This document shows positions 23,692 to 35,854 of a stretch of DNA of 64,000 bases, one piece after another; within the stretch, counting starts at the first letter, position 1; each line of letters begins with the position of its first letter. This DNA comes from Lingula anatina (Eukaryota; Animalia; Brachiopoda). The notes beneath the pieces are model-generated. The model saw only the letters and a list, made by a program, of their open reading frames with translations. It was not told the DNA's origin and did no database searches. A program made the position numbers and the translations under genes. The DNA lies in contig CM120647.1 of the NCBI GenBank assembly GCA_051362555.1, positions 20,064,651 through 20,128,650 on the forward strand, in the 5' to 3' direction.

Positions 23692-26058
23692 TTAACAATT
23701 CGACTCGTAAGTCGACACCTGGAAATTCAGCTTGGTGACAGTTTCCCAGGAAACGAGACTCCCTTGGTTGGTAGTGGCACATACGGACATGCCGGGGATG
23801 TCCACAAATTCCTTGTTCCAGACATTGATGCCGCCGACTAATCCAACGAATGATTGGTATTTAGGATAAGCATCGGGCATTGCCTCTATATGGGTGTGTC
23901 CAACAACCCAATCACCACCTGAAATTACAGAATGAAAAAAAAACAATGATCAAATGGCACATTATTTTGTTTACCAATGACACGATGTGAAATTTTGAAG
24001 TTTAGTATAACCTGCTGCAATATTTCGTGTAAAGAATATTAAGACGTAATAACATAAGTCATAGAGCGCATTAAGAAGAACAGAAATACGGATCGCTTAA
24101 AAGCAATGTCTATTATTCCCTTGCTGGTCTCCCCGCCCCACTTAGAGCTCATTCAAAACAGATGATCTATCTGATTTATTTATCTCTATTGATCAAATAT
24201 GGCGGACCCTAAATGAAAGCAAGACCGCTAATCCCGTAATAGTTCCCCTGTCTCCACACGCGACGCCGCTGGCTCTTAGTGGGGTCACCCATAATTGATC
24301 CGCGGAACTTCTCAACTGAACCAACTGATCCTCGGACCCCGCTTGAAAGTGATACCGAATAACCCCAAATGGTCCCCCCGTCTACCACACGTGCCAGCCT
24401 GCAGGGACCTAGCAAATAAACCTCGGAGCCGAAAGAGAGAGCGAGAGAGAGGGAGTAATACACTTTCTGTTGCCCCGTATATAAATGGAAGTATTTAAGT
24501 TCCATAATATAATTTGCAGCAGTGTACGATTGTTATTTCAACATGACTCATGATAAAATTAGGATTAACCTCGTTGAAGGAGTTGGACCAATAATATCAT
24601 TTCACGTTGAAATAAATTATCGAAAATTTACTTGTAGCAAAATTCAAACCCTAGAGGTAACACCATATAGCTTTCAATGAACCATGTTTTTACCCTTACC
24701 TCCAGCTATGTGCGTTACATTGGCAGGAAACCTCAGTGCGTGGAGGCCATCCCTGTAGATGTTCACTTCTCTTCTGCTGCCACTCCACATCACGCACAAA
24801 TGGTGCCAATATCCGTCAGACGGTAGTGGCGCTTCGCCATGGTAATAATACCCACCCAACACGCTGATCCCATTTAAAATGACAGAGTACCCATGGCCAT
24901 GAGGACTGTAGGAAATCTCAATACTCCGGGGGTGGCGTTTAGAGCCGTAGGAGAGAATGGGGCCGCTTGTGGTACGGATGGTTTTGATCCAGGCACAGGC
25001 GGTGAAAGCTTCCAAATCGGGGGTAGTTGTCTCCAGTAGTGACCAAGACAACGTAGTAGCTGGCTCTGGGAAGTGTAGTACCCTTAGGCAAACTGCAAGT
25101 TTAACACATGGGGTATGATTGTTGAAGAGAAAGACAGAAATGTTCAATAATTCTACAAAAAATGTAACACCCGCGCGTCCTTAAAATGGTAAACTGTACA
25201 ATAAGATTGTGCATGTGTTTCATATATAAATTAACACAGTGGGTTTAATTGTATTCCTCAAAACGGTGAATTTGGAACCAATTTCAGATGAATATATTCA
25301 GTATCTAGCATTTATACCAGCAGAGACAGTGTTTTAACACTATTAAAATAAGCAAGCGACGAGCAAAAATGTACATACTACATGTACCATCTACATGTAC
25401 AACTCACACAGACCCGCAGCTTGTTCAAAGGTAAAGATGCCCCATGGAGATATCGCAGTATATACCTTATGTGAGTGTCAAATAGGTGATAAAGATATCG
25501 AAATAAAAGAATGAATGCTTTAAGTCATCAACCCACAGTAGATATATGGCATTCAAATGTGACAACAGCCACCACGACCAATGTATACAGGGGTACCAGG
25601 GCCTTACTGCCGAGGTAATGTAGATATTGGATCTAGTATATAGCAGTTTGTTGTGGTAAATTAAATCAAGACACCCTCCCCCCTCCGGGTTTCTGGAGTG
25701 ATTTGCCCTTTTTTGTCCGTTGAAATATCACTGAGTATTACTCCACGCCCATGCCATGCTCATAAAAAGCATTTAAAAACTCTCCCTTAAGTCCTTCCTT
25801 GCTAAGGCACCAAACGCAGAAATAAATGGAAAAGGTTAGCGTTGTTATTATAATTACCGACGTTCTCGATTCCGTAAATGCTAGAAAACAAATGCCAAAA
25901 AAAAAAGCGTACAACACAAATATCCGGAAACAAGATACTGCCAGCAAGTCAACACTGTTCCAAGCCACCTGCCCTCGCTCTCTCTTACCTGGAGGAGCTG
26001 TTCCTCTCTGAAGAAAAGATGTCAGAACTAACGCTGCGAGTAGTGTATGTCCGAACAT
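23692..26058 (-). CDS. Secreted short pentraxin-like protein, copy 3 (229 aa); exons 26058-25989, 25092-24700, 23918-23692
   Basis: Signal peptide MFGHTLLAALVLTSFLQRGTAPP; 70+393+227 nt in frame; motifs FTACAWIK, HLCVMWSG, SFVGLVGGINVWN. Confidence 0.9.
24107..24462. mobile_element. GC-rich intronic insertion with short terminal inverted repeats (solo-LTR-like)
   Basis: TATTATTCCC ... GGGAGTAATACA ends, internal AATAAA, absent from the equivalent copy 4 intron; no clear TSD. Confidence 0.35.
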
Positions 26059-29000
26059 GGTGGTGTTTCTGCAGAAAGAATACATTGGCATCACCTTATA
26101 TAAAGCATGGTGATAGATTCTCGATGGCAAGATGAGATAACCTTTATGAAAATGAGTTCTGTACAACAGAACATCTTTGTGTGTGTCGATTGACATACAA
26201 AATACATTTAAGGGTCAATTTTTGGCTACTGCGCACCGATGCTGGTCTATCGGAGGTAGTATTTTTATTATTTCTTAACATTCCTCTAATATCTTAAAAA
26301 CACAGAGATAGAATGTGTCAATGGTGTTTGATCTCACGCTTAACCAGGAACGAGGCCCGAAAAAAACCCACATGAACTATAAAGTTCCCAAATTTTTAAT
26401 GCATGTAAGTGAGTGTTATGCATCTGGTCTAATACCTTGCTTTGTGATAGTGGAACGAAGCTTTCTGGTAATATCTTTTTTATATAAGTTGTACGTGTAA
26501 CCATGCGTCATACAAACTGATGTGGCATGTGTCTGGCATCAAAAATGAACTAATTGACAAAAATGACTGACAACGATATTTCACATTTTTTAAGTGACGT
26601 CTTGAGTATAATCGATGACAATGTAACAAAATTTAATGCCGTCGATTCATACTGTCAGTAACTTGTGCCTTACTTATATTTACGTTCCTTTCTTGTCTAT
26701 AAGATGTCCCTTGATTTTATTTCATGCCACTTAGATGATTGATGGTGTAATTGACGTTTATAGAATTTGTTTCAAAAAGTCTATAATAAAAGAGACAATA
26801 CCTTTGAGACAATAGAAAAACCTCTATTGCTGGTCATAAGGTTAATTTAGACTTAATCTTTATCACTCTCGCTCTCCTGACTGTTCTTTACATTGTTTAT
26901 TATAGTAACGGCAAAGGTCACAATTTAACTGCTTCTATTGGCAATATGAAAGGAAAAAAATGTCAAACTATGGCATAATGTCAGGAATGTAAAGTTAACG
27001 AACGAAAAAAAATAACTTTGGGACTTTGTACATTTTATGATACTCCCAATATTTTACGCTGGCAATAATGGAATTGCATTGTTCTTTTCTTAATGTATTT
27101 TCAGAACTTATGGAATATACCTTTTGATGCTGCACATGTTACTGCGCTGAAAGAGGAAGTCAACGACGCAAGTCAAGCACATCTCGCCGTCTGATGTTAA
27201 AACAGCCAGTGTTTTTTATAATCTGGAGTTGAGAGGGATAGAGGACCGCCACTCCCCCCTCGCCCGATCTTATTTTGTAATCTTGAAAAATGATATTCAA
27301 ATTTTTATAAAGTGTTATCATTTTACTTTATCTCACACCATCAGAGGACCATTCTTTTTTCGTTTTTCAACCAGGGCTCCAAAACCAATTTACTCCGCCC
27401 ACCGACCTGAAATGTCCTTCGGTCATGTATTTGGTATGCCCCTGTGTCCGAAATAGAGATACGTACATGTGCCAAGATGAAATAAAAGACTCAGGGATCT
27501 TCATGTCATCGACTTACATGTATGAAGGCACTTCTGACCAAATACGTTTTTCCAATAAAGTGCAGTTTGACATGCTGTAAAACAATTGAATTTTAACATG
27601 AATGGCGCCATCGGAGGCATTGTGGTGATTATTATCAGTTGTAATGTATTTGGCGGTGTCTTTTTTATGCCGCCATAGCCGAGAGATGTAAATTTTTTTC
27701 ATGTAAAAATGAGCCAAACACCAGTTCGTGATTTACGTGCATGTGTATCTCAGATCATATAATTTTTACAAAAATGCAGTAAAACATGCTGTTAGACCAT
27801 TAACTTTTAACGCAAATGGTGCCACCGGCGTCAATTCGGCGGGCATTATCAGTCTTAACGTAGTCAGAAAGGCGTGTGAATACAAATCATGCTTTGAACT
27901 CATTTAATCTGCTTCTCTGTATGTGAATCATACAAATGTAGTTTCAGACGTTTGGTGTGACTTATGTTTGGGATTCAAATTGTTCACTGATTGACAGCAG
28001 TTGTTATGAGAACACAGTTAAGATGCATGAGCAGCAGCAGCGTCTCTATTGTTGTTTGAAAGAGACAATCAATTCCGCCATTTAAGGCCAAACAGGATCC
28101 TACAGAAATATAGGACCATTAATATACGAATATTGTGTATATACAGGTAGTTATGACACAAAATTTAGACCATCATGCAAATTGATGAATAATGTGTACA
28201 AACATATTGTTTAAACACCTTAACCAACCAACAGAAAATTTATATAGGGCCTATATATTATACATATGCAACTTTGACTTTGAATTTAATTCCGTGTCAG
28301 TTTGCCTCCGTTGAGATTTGTAGTGACGGAAAAATCATGAAAAGGGCCAACGGTAAAAAAAATCAATATTTCATTTCTGGATTCGTTTGGTTACCACCAC
28401 AGATAAATGGTGCACCACTCCCTGCATTATTATTAAAAACACATCGATATCAGTTCTCCTCAGCATTTCTCCAAACGAACAATGAAAAGGAAACATTCAT
28501 CAAAACTGAGACTCTTCAGTGACTTCCTGTCAGAGATCATAAAACCATCAGTCTAGTTTAAATGATTCATGTTGTTATTTGCCTGTGCCAAGTGTTACTA
28601 TATGGTTGACTACCAATAATGACAAGAATATATATAACAGTGGTCCATGGCAGATAATTCGTAGAGAAATAAGCAGTCGTGAGAAAAGTAGATATAACAT
28701 AACATAAGCTTTCATTACTGTCATACATGTATTTACCCCCTCATGAGTTTTGACAAAAAAATGGACTATAGGCACACATGTGCGTTCGGCTATCAATGCT
28801 TCTGAGTGAATTGGATATTTTTCGAGAATGGCGTCTGATTACATGCAAGGTTGAGTTCTTTTATCTCCTCGACATTTCTGTGTGCCACTGGACGGCGTCA
28901 GAAACCCCGAGTCCGACCTTTCAATACCAACTCGCTACTTCTAACTGTGGTTTTGAAGTGAAGAATAGTCGAGAAAACTCCGTGCTAATCTTTCATTAGT

Positions 29001-31321
29001 TGACAAAGATACCGTTAAACCGTTCTGCTTGTTATTAATGTTTAAGAACTTAAGATGGATTTTAGAAAGTCAAATTTCGACTAGAAATCATTTAGAAAGG
29101 CACTGATCAGCCTTTGCGACGAATACAATGATTCCTGTTTACATGGAAGAGTGTAAACTGGATTTGCAATGCAATGTTGTCCTTCTCCATTAATGCGACG
29201 CCCAGCAAGTCAAATACGTTTTGAAACAACATCTTATAGATTACAACCCTTTAAAGGATAAATTCATGACTTTTTTTTTTGATGCATTTGAAATGATATT
29301 CATTCGAATATCTCAATGAAAATGTCAAATTTAGTTGAAACAACCGACTGAGAAAAACAACCTATTGGAACATGTGTTTAAGATATACAATAATGATACC
29401 ATTTCATCATCGTTATGAAACAAAAGGCATCGAAACCATTTTGGAAGGATGCAATAGACCTAAACCCCTTAAGAAGCATCCATTAACCGGGAGAGCATTA
29501 TAAAGTTTTCCCTTACTGGGATCTCGTCTCTCAGATAAATCACGCATGCTGAAGGGCGTGAAGAAATACGCGATAACTTATTTAATTTAAAATGTGTTTC
29601 TGTAATTTAGCAAATGGGACTGTGCAGCCATGTGAAGTGTCCAAAAACTGGTAAGAACATAAATTTTCATTCCCTCGGTAGCAGGGTGCTTTTGAAATTT
29701 TCATAAAGCAGACTATGGGAGATCACATAGCAATTTATCAAATGTGCGTCTAAATACCCTGTCGTTGGCTTAGTTACAAACACGGTGTAGGTTTTATATT
29801 GTGCAAAATGTATATGCATGCAAAATGGAGATATTTCATAGGAAAGCGAAGTTGTTCCAACAGGTTGTCAAAGTTATTTGCTGCGGCTTTGGGGAGTGGG
29901 GGGGGGGGGGGGGGGGGGGGGGCTCCCTACCCCACGTGTTTAAAATCTTTCGGTTTACGGCTTCACAGAACAATTTTGAATATATCACTACATCTTAATT
30001 TCCATACCTTTAGTTGTGCTCTTAGTTTAACCTATTGACGCAAAGCCATTTTCTACTTATTTCATCAAAGTTTACTTTCTTCGTTTACTTAAATGTGTAA
30101 TTTGTGTTATACTGTACACGTATATATGAAAATTAACTTACTGGAGACCGGGGCTAGTTGGACCCCGGGGTTAAGTAATCCCCTTGTCAATTAATGAAAA
30201 TATAACTACGAGGTAAAAAAAACAAACAAAAAAACAATTATCACATCTTGTAAAGTGATCTATCCAACGACGCCAAAAAAGAGTAAAGAAAAAAAAGGTT
30301 TCACTGAAGCGGCGAGTCTAAACAAAAGATTTCTGCATTTAAAAGTAAGTATGTTAAAGGGTTTTTAATTCTTATTTTCATTGGTTTGTGTTCCAATAAA
30401 ACATCAAATGAAAGGTAATTGTTTCAAATTTCACAGAAATGTCTAATCGTAGTCCATTTAAGTACCAAAAACTGCTGTCAACCTTTAAAAAAGACACCTT
30501 GCTCGGGGCAGGTTGAACCCTCACATAGACCACAAGCTATTGCGTGCAAGAGAACTCTATAAAATTAAGAGTTTGTGAAATGAATGGTAATTTGAGATTG
30601 ACATTTTAAGTTACTTTGAAAACAAGTTTATTATTCGTTATCATTCATTAAAACTGTTTTATACCACCGAATTTCATTTTAAATTTTAAAAAAAGTTTTT
30701 TTCATAGCTATTTGGGCTGTTGTTATGTTTTTTAACTCATGCATATTAATGAAGTTATCATAAGCTCTGCTTCATTTGAAGTACTTATTCAGCATATACT
30801 CTAAAATTGAATTTAATAAAATAACAATGTGTAAAAATGCAATGCATTTTATGGCGATTACAGGGAATACTAGTTGCAATTGTTTCATTATATCAAATTG
30901 TAGAAATAATTTACCTTCCGTCTGGTTTTTGGTTTTTGCAATTTTATTCCTTGCGTAATAGTGTATACATACCAAGGTACATTGGTCCTTGTAATCTTGT
31001 GTATGCAAAAAAGGCTCCAATGCGAGAAAAACATATTTATTGCTTGCCTCTACAATACGGCTTAGCCTAAAGTACAGATTGATAACAAGTTCAGTTCACA
31101 GTTCAGCATTAAGGTGCACGAGAAAGAGAAGCACTTGGTTTTTGGGTTTTCCTAAAAGATGTATAATCACGTGACAGCCACATGATCTTGACGTGATACG
31201 GTAAATGGTCATAGTGTAATATTGCAGAGTTAATTTATGTCATACTTTCCGCAAAATTAGGACATCCTCTCTATTCCGCATTTTTTCTGCCTCAAAACAA
31301 AGTGACGCATGTAGTGAAACA

Positions 31322-33008
31322 TTAACAATGCGCAGCATATGTGGCGACCTTGAAGTTAGTCTTGGTGACAGTATCCCAGGATATGAGACTACCCTCGTTA
31401 CCATTGGCGCATACGGCCAGGCCGGGAATGTCCACCATCTCCCTGTTCCAGACATTGATATCTCCGACAAATCCAACGAATGACGGATATTTAGGATACC
31501 CATCAGACATTGCCTCCAAATGGGTGTGTCCAACAACCCAATCACCACCTGAAATTATAAAATGAAAAGATAATTTTCATTTGACTTGTCATTTCACTTT
31601 GTCAGCCAATGTTTCAACTTGAATCAAATAGAAATATTTTTTGCTGCAATGAATTAGTGTTAAAGACGTTAAAACATAATAATATTTAGTCATGACCTTC
31701 AGGACAGTGTTTAATCATTCGAATAAACGTGGTTGAAAGAATTAAACCGCTTATATCAATCAAAACCAATTGTTGATGTTGTACTCATAGTGAAAATAAG
31801 GTCTTCAGTAAGTCTTTATTTTTCAGATGTCATATCTCTGGCCTTACCTCCAGTTATGTGCGATACATTCACAGGAAATCTCAACGTGTGGAGACCATCC
31901 CTATGGATATCTATCTTTCTCTTGACACCGCTCCACATGACACACATGTGATGCCACTTTCCGTCCGCTGGTAGAGGCGCTTCGCCACCGTAATACCCAC
32001 CCAACATGCTGATCCCATTTAAAATGACAGAGTACCCATGACCATGAGGACTGTATGATATCTCAATACTCCGGGGATGGCGTTTAGAGCCGTAGGAGAG
32101 AATGGGGCCGCTTGTGGTACGGATAGTTTTGATCCAGGCGCAGGCAGTGAAAGCTTCCAAATCGGGGGTAGTTGTCTCCAGCAGTGACCGAGACAACGTG
32201 TTAGCTGGCTCTGGGAAGTGTAGTACCCTACGGCCAGCTACAAATTTAACACATATAATAATTTAAGCAAGACAAAAAGTAGACAAAAATGCGCAGTGAT
32301 TGAATGAATGATAAAAAACTATTCTATAAATTGTCCAACCATTTACAAATTAACGCAAATGTTTTTTTTTTTATATTGCATTCTTCACAATTTTGAATCT
32401 TGATCCATTTCAGATGTACTTTAAGCATTCAGCACCTAAACTGGTGGCATTAGTGACAGTCAGCCCCGGATAATACGCATTTACGTAAAAGACCAAATGT
32501 CGGAATTTTGAGCAAACGAACACACGCACACTGTGACATAGAAATTCTATGTCACATGAAAGAGGATTCTTAACTTTCTGTTGATTACTGTCCATATGGT
32601 CAAGAACGTTGCTACTAACAAAATTTAGACCCTGGTAACTAGCCAAAGTACAAAATCAACAAAATATTTCAGTCAGCTGTCTGTAACGAGTTTAAGACCA
32701 ATATTTTGTTCTGATTCGTGTCATAAAAATCAATAGTATTCCATACAAATATATAAGTATTGATCTCAAACATTATCTATATATTAACCTGACATAAAGC
32801 AAATTAACATTTCATTTAATTGGACTACCACTGCTTAATTTATGGGTGAAAAATAGTCCTAAATCGTTTGTCTAAAATTATTCTAAATATTAAAAAAAAA
32901 AAAAAAAAAACGCCAAATGTTTTCCAACCAGTTCCACTCTTACCTACCCGTTTCTCTGTAGAAACAAAATGTCAAAACCAACGCTACAAGTAGAGTTTGT
33001 CCAAACAT
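31322..33008 (-). CDS. Secreted short pentraxin-like protein, copy 4 (~225 aa); exons 33008-32948, 32237-31848, 31548-31322
   Basis: Signal peptide MFGQTLLVALVLTFCFYRET; exons 2 and 3 (390, 227 nt) intact with HMCVMWSG and SFVGFVGDINVWN. The frame requires donor G|GTAGGT at 32948 rather than the homologous GTAAGA donor at 32944. Confidence 0.8.
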
Positions 33009-34460
33009 GGTGGTGGCGCTCTGAAAGGAAAAGGACAGTTGGTATCTCCTTATATGTTGTTGGATATTAGATTCTCGATAACATGAAGGGATAACCTTAT
33101 GTAAATTGAGTTATATCATACATACCATCTTTGCTAAGGTCGTGGCTGTTGAAGTAAAATTCAATATGACATGCAGAATACCCCTTAAGATATTTTACAC
33201 CTGCGTATCCACTCTGGTCTATAGGAAGTAGAATTATTTCAATAATGTGGGGTCGTAGACTACGAGGGGTTGCAGGTGACAAGTAACCCCCAATCCCCTC
33301 CAGTACAATTTATTTTTTAAAAAATCATATTCAAATTTGTTGTCGTCATTTTTTCTTTTGTCTCATTTCATCAGGGAACCATGTTTTTCCGTTTTTCACA
33401 AGCAATTTACTCCGCCCTGTTCACTGTAATGTCCTTTGGTATCATTGGTGATGTATTTCTTATGCGTCTATGGCTGTGTTGGAGGTATGTAGATTTTTTT
33501 GCGTCAAGATGACCTCAAGTATTTCAGTTCTAGGGTCTCATTAAATCTACACTGTAAAAACAGTGTTTTGCTTTTAAACAAATATAACACAAGTTTAGAA
33601 AAGCCATGATTCTCACAGAAGAAAATGCTAGACATGTTTAGCAGTGTTACGCGTTTAGCTATGTGTTTAGTTTCACCGGTATATGATCGCAAAGCTAAAC
33701 GCGTGGAGCTGCTAAACACATGAAGCAGCCTGCTTGGATACCTAGTGGACTTCCTTGCAATAACTTGTCACTATTCTAAATATGTCTTTTTTAATAAAAG
33801 TACTAAGTTATTTTTGTCAAAATCCTGTAATTAAGGGAAGAAATAGCTAACCACCACCACCACCCTACAAGCGGTATACCATGGTATTAAAGTATTCTGC
33901 CTGCTTATTAATATATTCAACTATAATTTTACTTTAGACCTAAATGATAACTGGTAAGTAGAAGGCATTCTATTCATAAAGGCGGATATAGGGTTTTGGA
34001 AAAGGCGAGGTTTTACCTCCAGGAATTAGAATAACAACCTAACAGAGGTCCTCACTATTAAAATTTGGATAAACTCGAGAAGAAATCCGTTTTTTGAAGC
34101 TGGAGAACATGGGTTCTACTCTGCCTAGGGACATACTACTCTTTTTAGGTAAAACCAACTAAAACCGTATGACACAATGGTACAATAAAACATCCAGCAA
34201 GATTGGCTAATAATAACAATACGTTACCTTCTAATGAGAGAAAAGCATAATAAATCAGATATTAATATAAATAGCAATGCTTATGTGTCATGTAGCTCTG
34301 TTTTCATCTGTGTAAATTCATCAGGTGTTAATGCCTGTATATTATAATTTATATGTAAGTATATACATTATTTTTTACATATTTCATTAAGCTACTTATG
34401 TGTGGTCATAAACCTTTGTAAAAATAATCTAGAGCTTATAAAGATCATAATTTTAATTAT

Positions 34461-34716
34461 CATAAACGGTACCTGTTGTGCTTGGCTCTCATCACTTAGG
34501 TGCTGAAGCAGGGATAACGTTCATGGTCTGGCAGAGAAAGATATTTTCGTTTGATAGCTTTCAACGCTTCATACGTCATGCTGGGCCATAACCTCCCCAG
34601 GGAGGCAGTAGAGTCAACACCCAGACTGTACCAGGGTCAAAATGACCAGGCGTCCGTCAACTGCACGGAGACTCATCAGTAGTGCGGTATATAAGAAGTG
34701 AACTCTCCCTTTTTTA
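34461..34716 (+). mobile_element. 5'-truncated SINE of the same family as 13750-14110
   Basis: Shares ATAAACGGTACCTG..GCTTGGC..CACTTAGG..TGAAGCAGGG, CCCAGGGAG and AAATGACCAGG; the 3' tail differs. Confidence 0.7.
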
Positions 34717-35854
34717 TTATATTGTATTGATGATATGTATTGGTGTGATTCAATAAATTTCACATCTTCCCGAAAGGCGTCATATTGCCAATCATATTCA
34801 GGTTGTTTAGCAGCCAAATCCGATTAGATTAAAAAAAGAGAAAAAAACAGTGTACAAATGTGATCACTTCAAGCCATATACTTTACCCCAAAAAATACAG
34901 TTAAAATGCTGGTAGAGCATTAGAGATAACTTGAAACAAACCTCTAGACGGCAAGGACATGCCATAGTAAAGGTTGGTTTTCAGGTTATCTCCGACGCTC
35001 AGGGTGACGTTGTGTCGTCTCTTAGTCATAGTGGACGAAATGCACGTCAGCGCTTTGTTCCTATATGATGAAACATTTGAATGTACTAACTGCTCCAAAC
35101 TGTACATTTTATCGGCAATCGACCTTTGAAAGATGCTGGTATTAGGAAAAGCATTTCATGAAATATGTAACCGTAACAGTAGTGGTATATCAGTTCCCTT
35201 GGAGCAGAGAGTGGCGATTTTGTCCTCTCAAAATTAAAACAAAAATAAGTCATTAAACATTGTCGACATGTTGTATCATACTACTGGCTCCTTTTACTTA
35301 GCAAAACTTTATTTTTCAATTGTTTGAAATACTGCGTGTTCACTTTTTATTCATTTGTCATACTTTAGGAATAATAAAAGCGTACTTGGGAACAAGATTA
35401 AAAGAAGAAAAAAATTAACTAACACCGGTGTGACGAACCTGAGGGTCCGTCACACCGGACAGCGAGCCCAACCTCCATTTAATAATACAGGTTAGGGTTA
35501 GCCTGTGGTAAGTGGGTTAAAATTCGGCAGAGGGTTACCTGTGGAAATTTGGAAACAGGACTCTTTATCTTATCATGGGGGACTCTCTGTTAAGTCAGAC
35601 CGGTACGGCAGCGAAACAGCGTCTTCTAAAACAGCCATAATACACACATATCCACTACACTATTAATGACTTTCCTCTCTTTTGACACATTTGTCTCATT
35701 CTTTTTAATTTTAATGTAGCTGAATCAATAAAAGAACCATCATTAGATTGCATGGCGACCATTTGTTGATTACAAAAGATAAAGAGCGGCGCTTTTTCGC
35801 GCGTGTCAGATGCGTGCAGCACTACTTAGGCGGCAGTCGATTTGAGACTTGGCG

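Noticed and set aside
27230-33470. Shared block upstream of copies 3 (27230-27430) and 4 (33280-33440) as a conserved enhancer
   Set aside because: Equally explained by residual duplication homology or an old repeat; there is no evidence of function from sequence alone.
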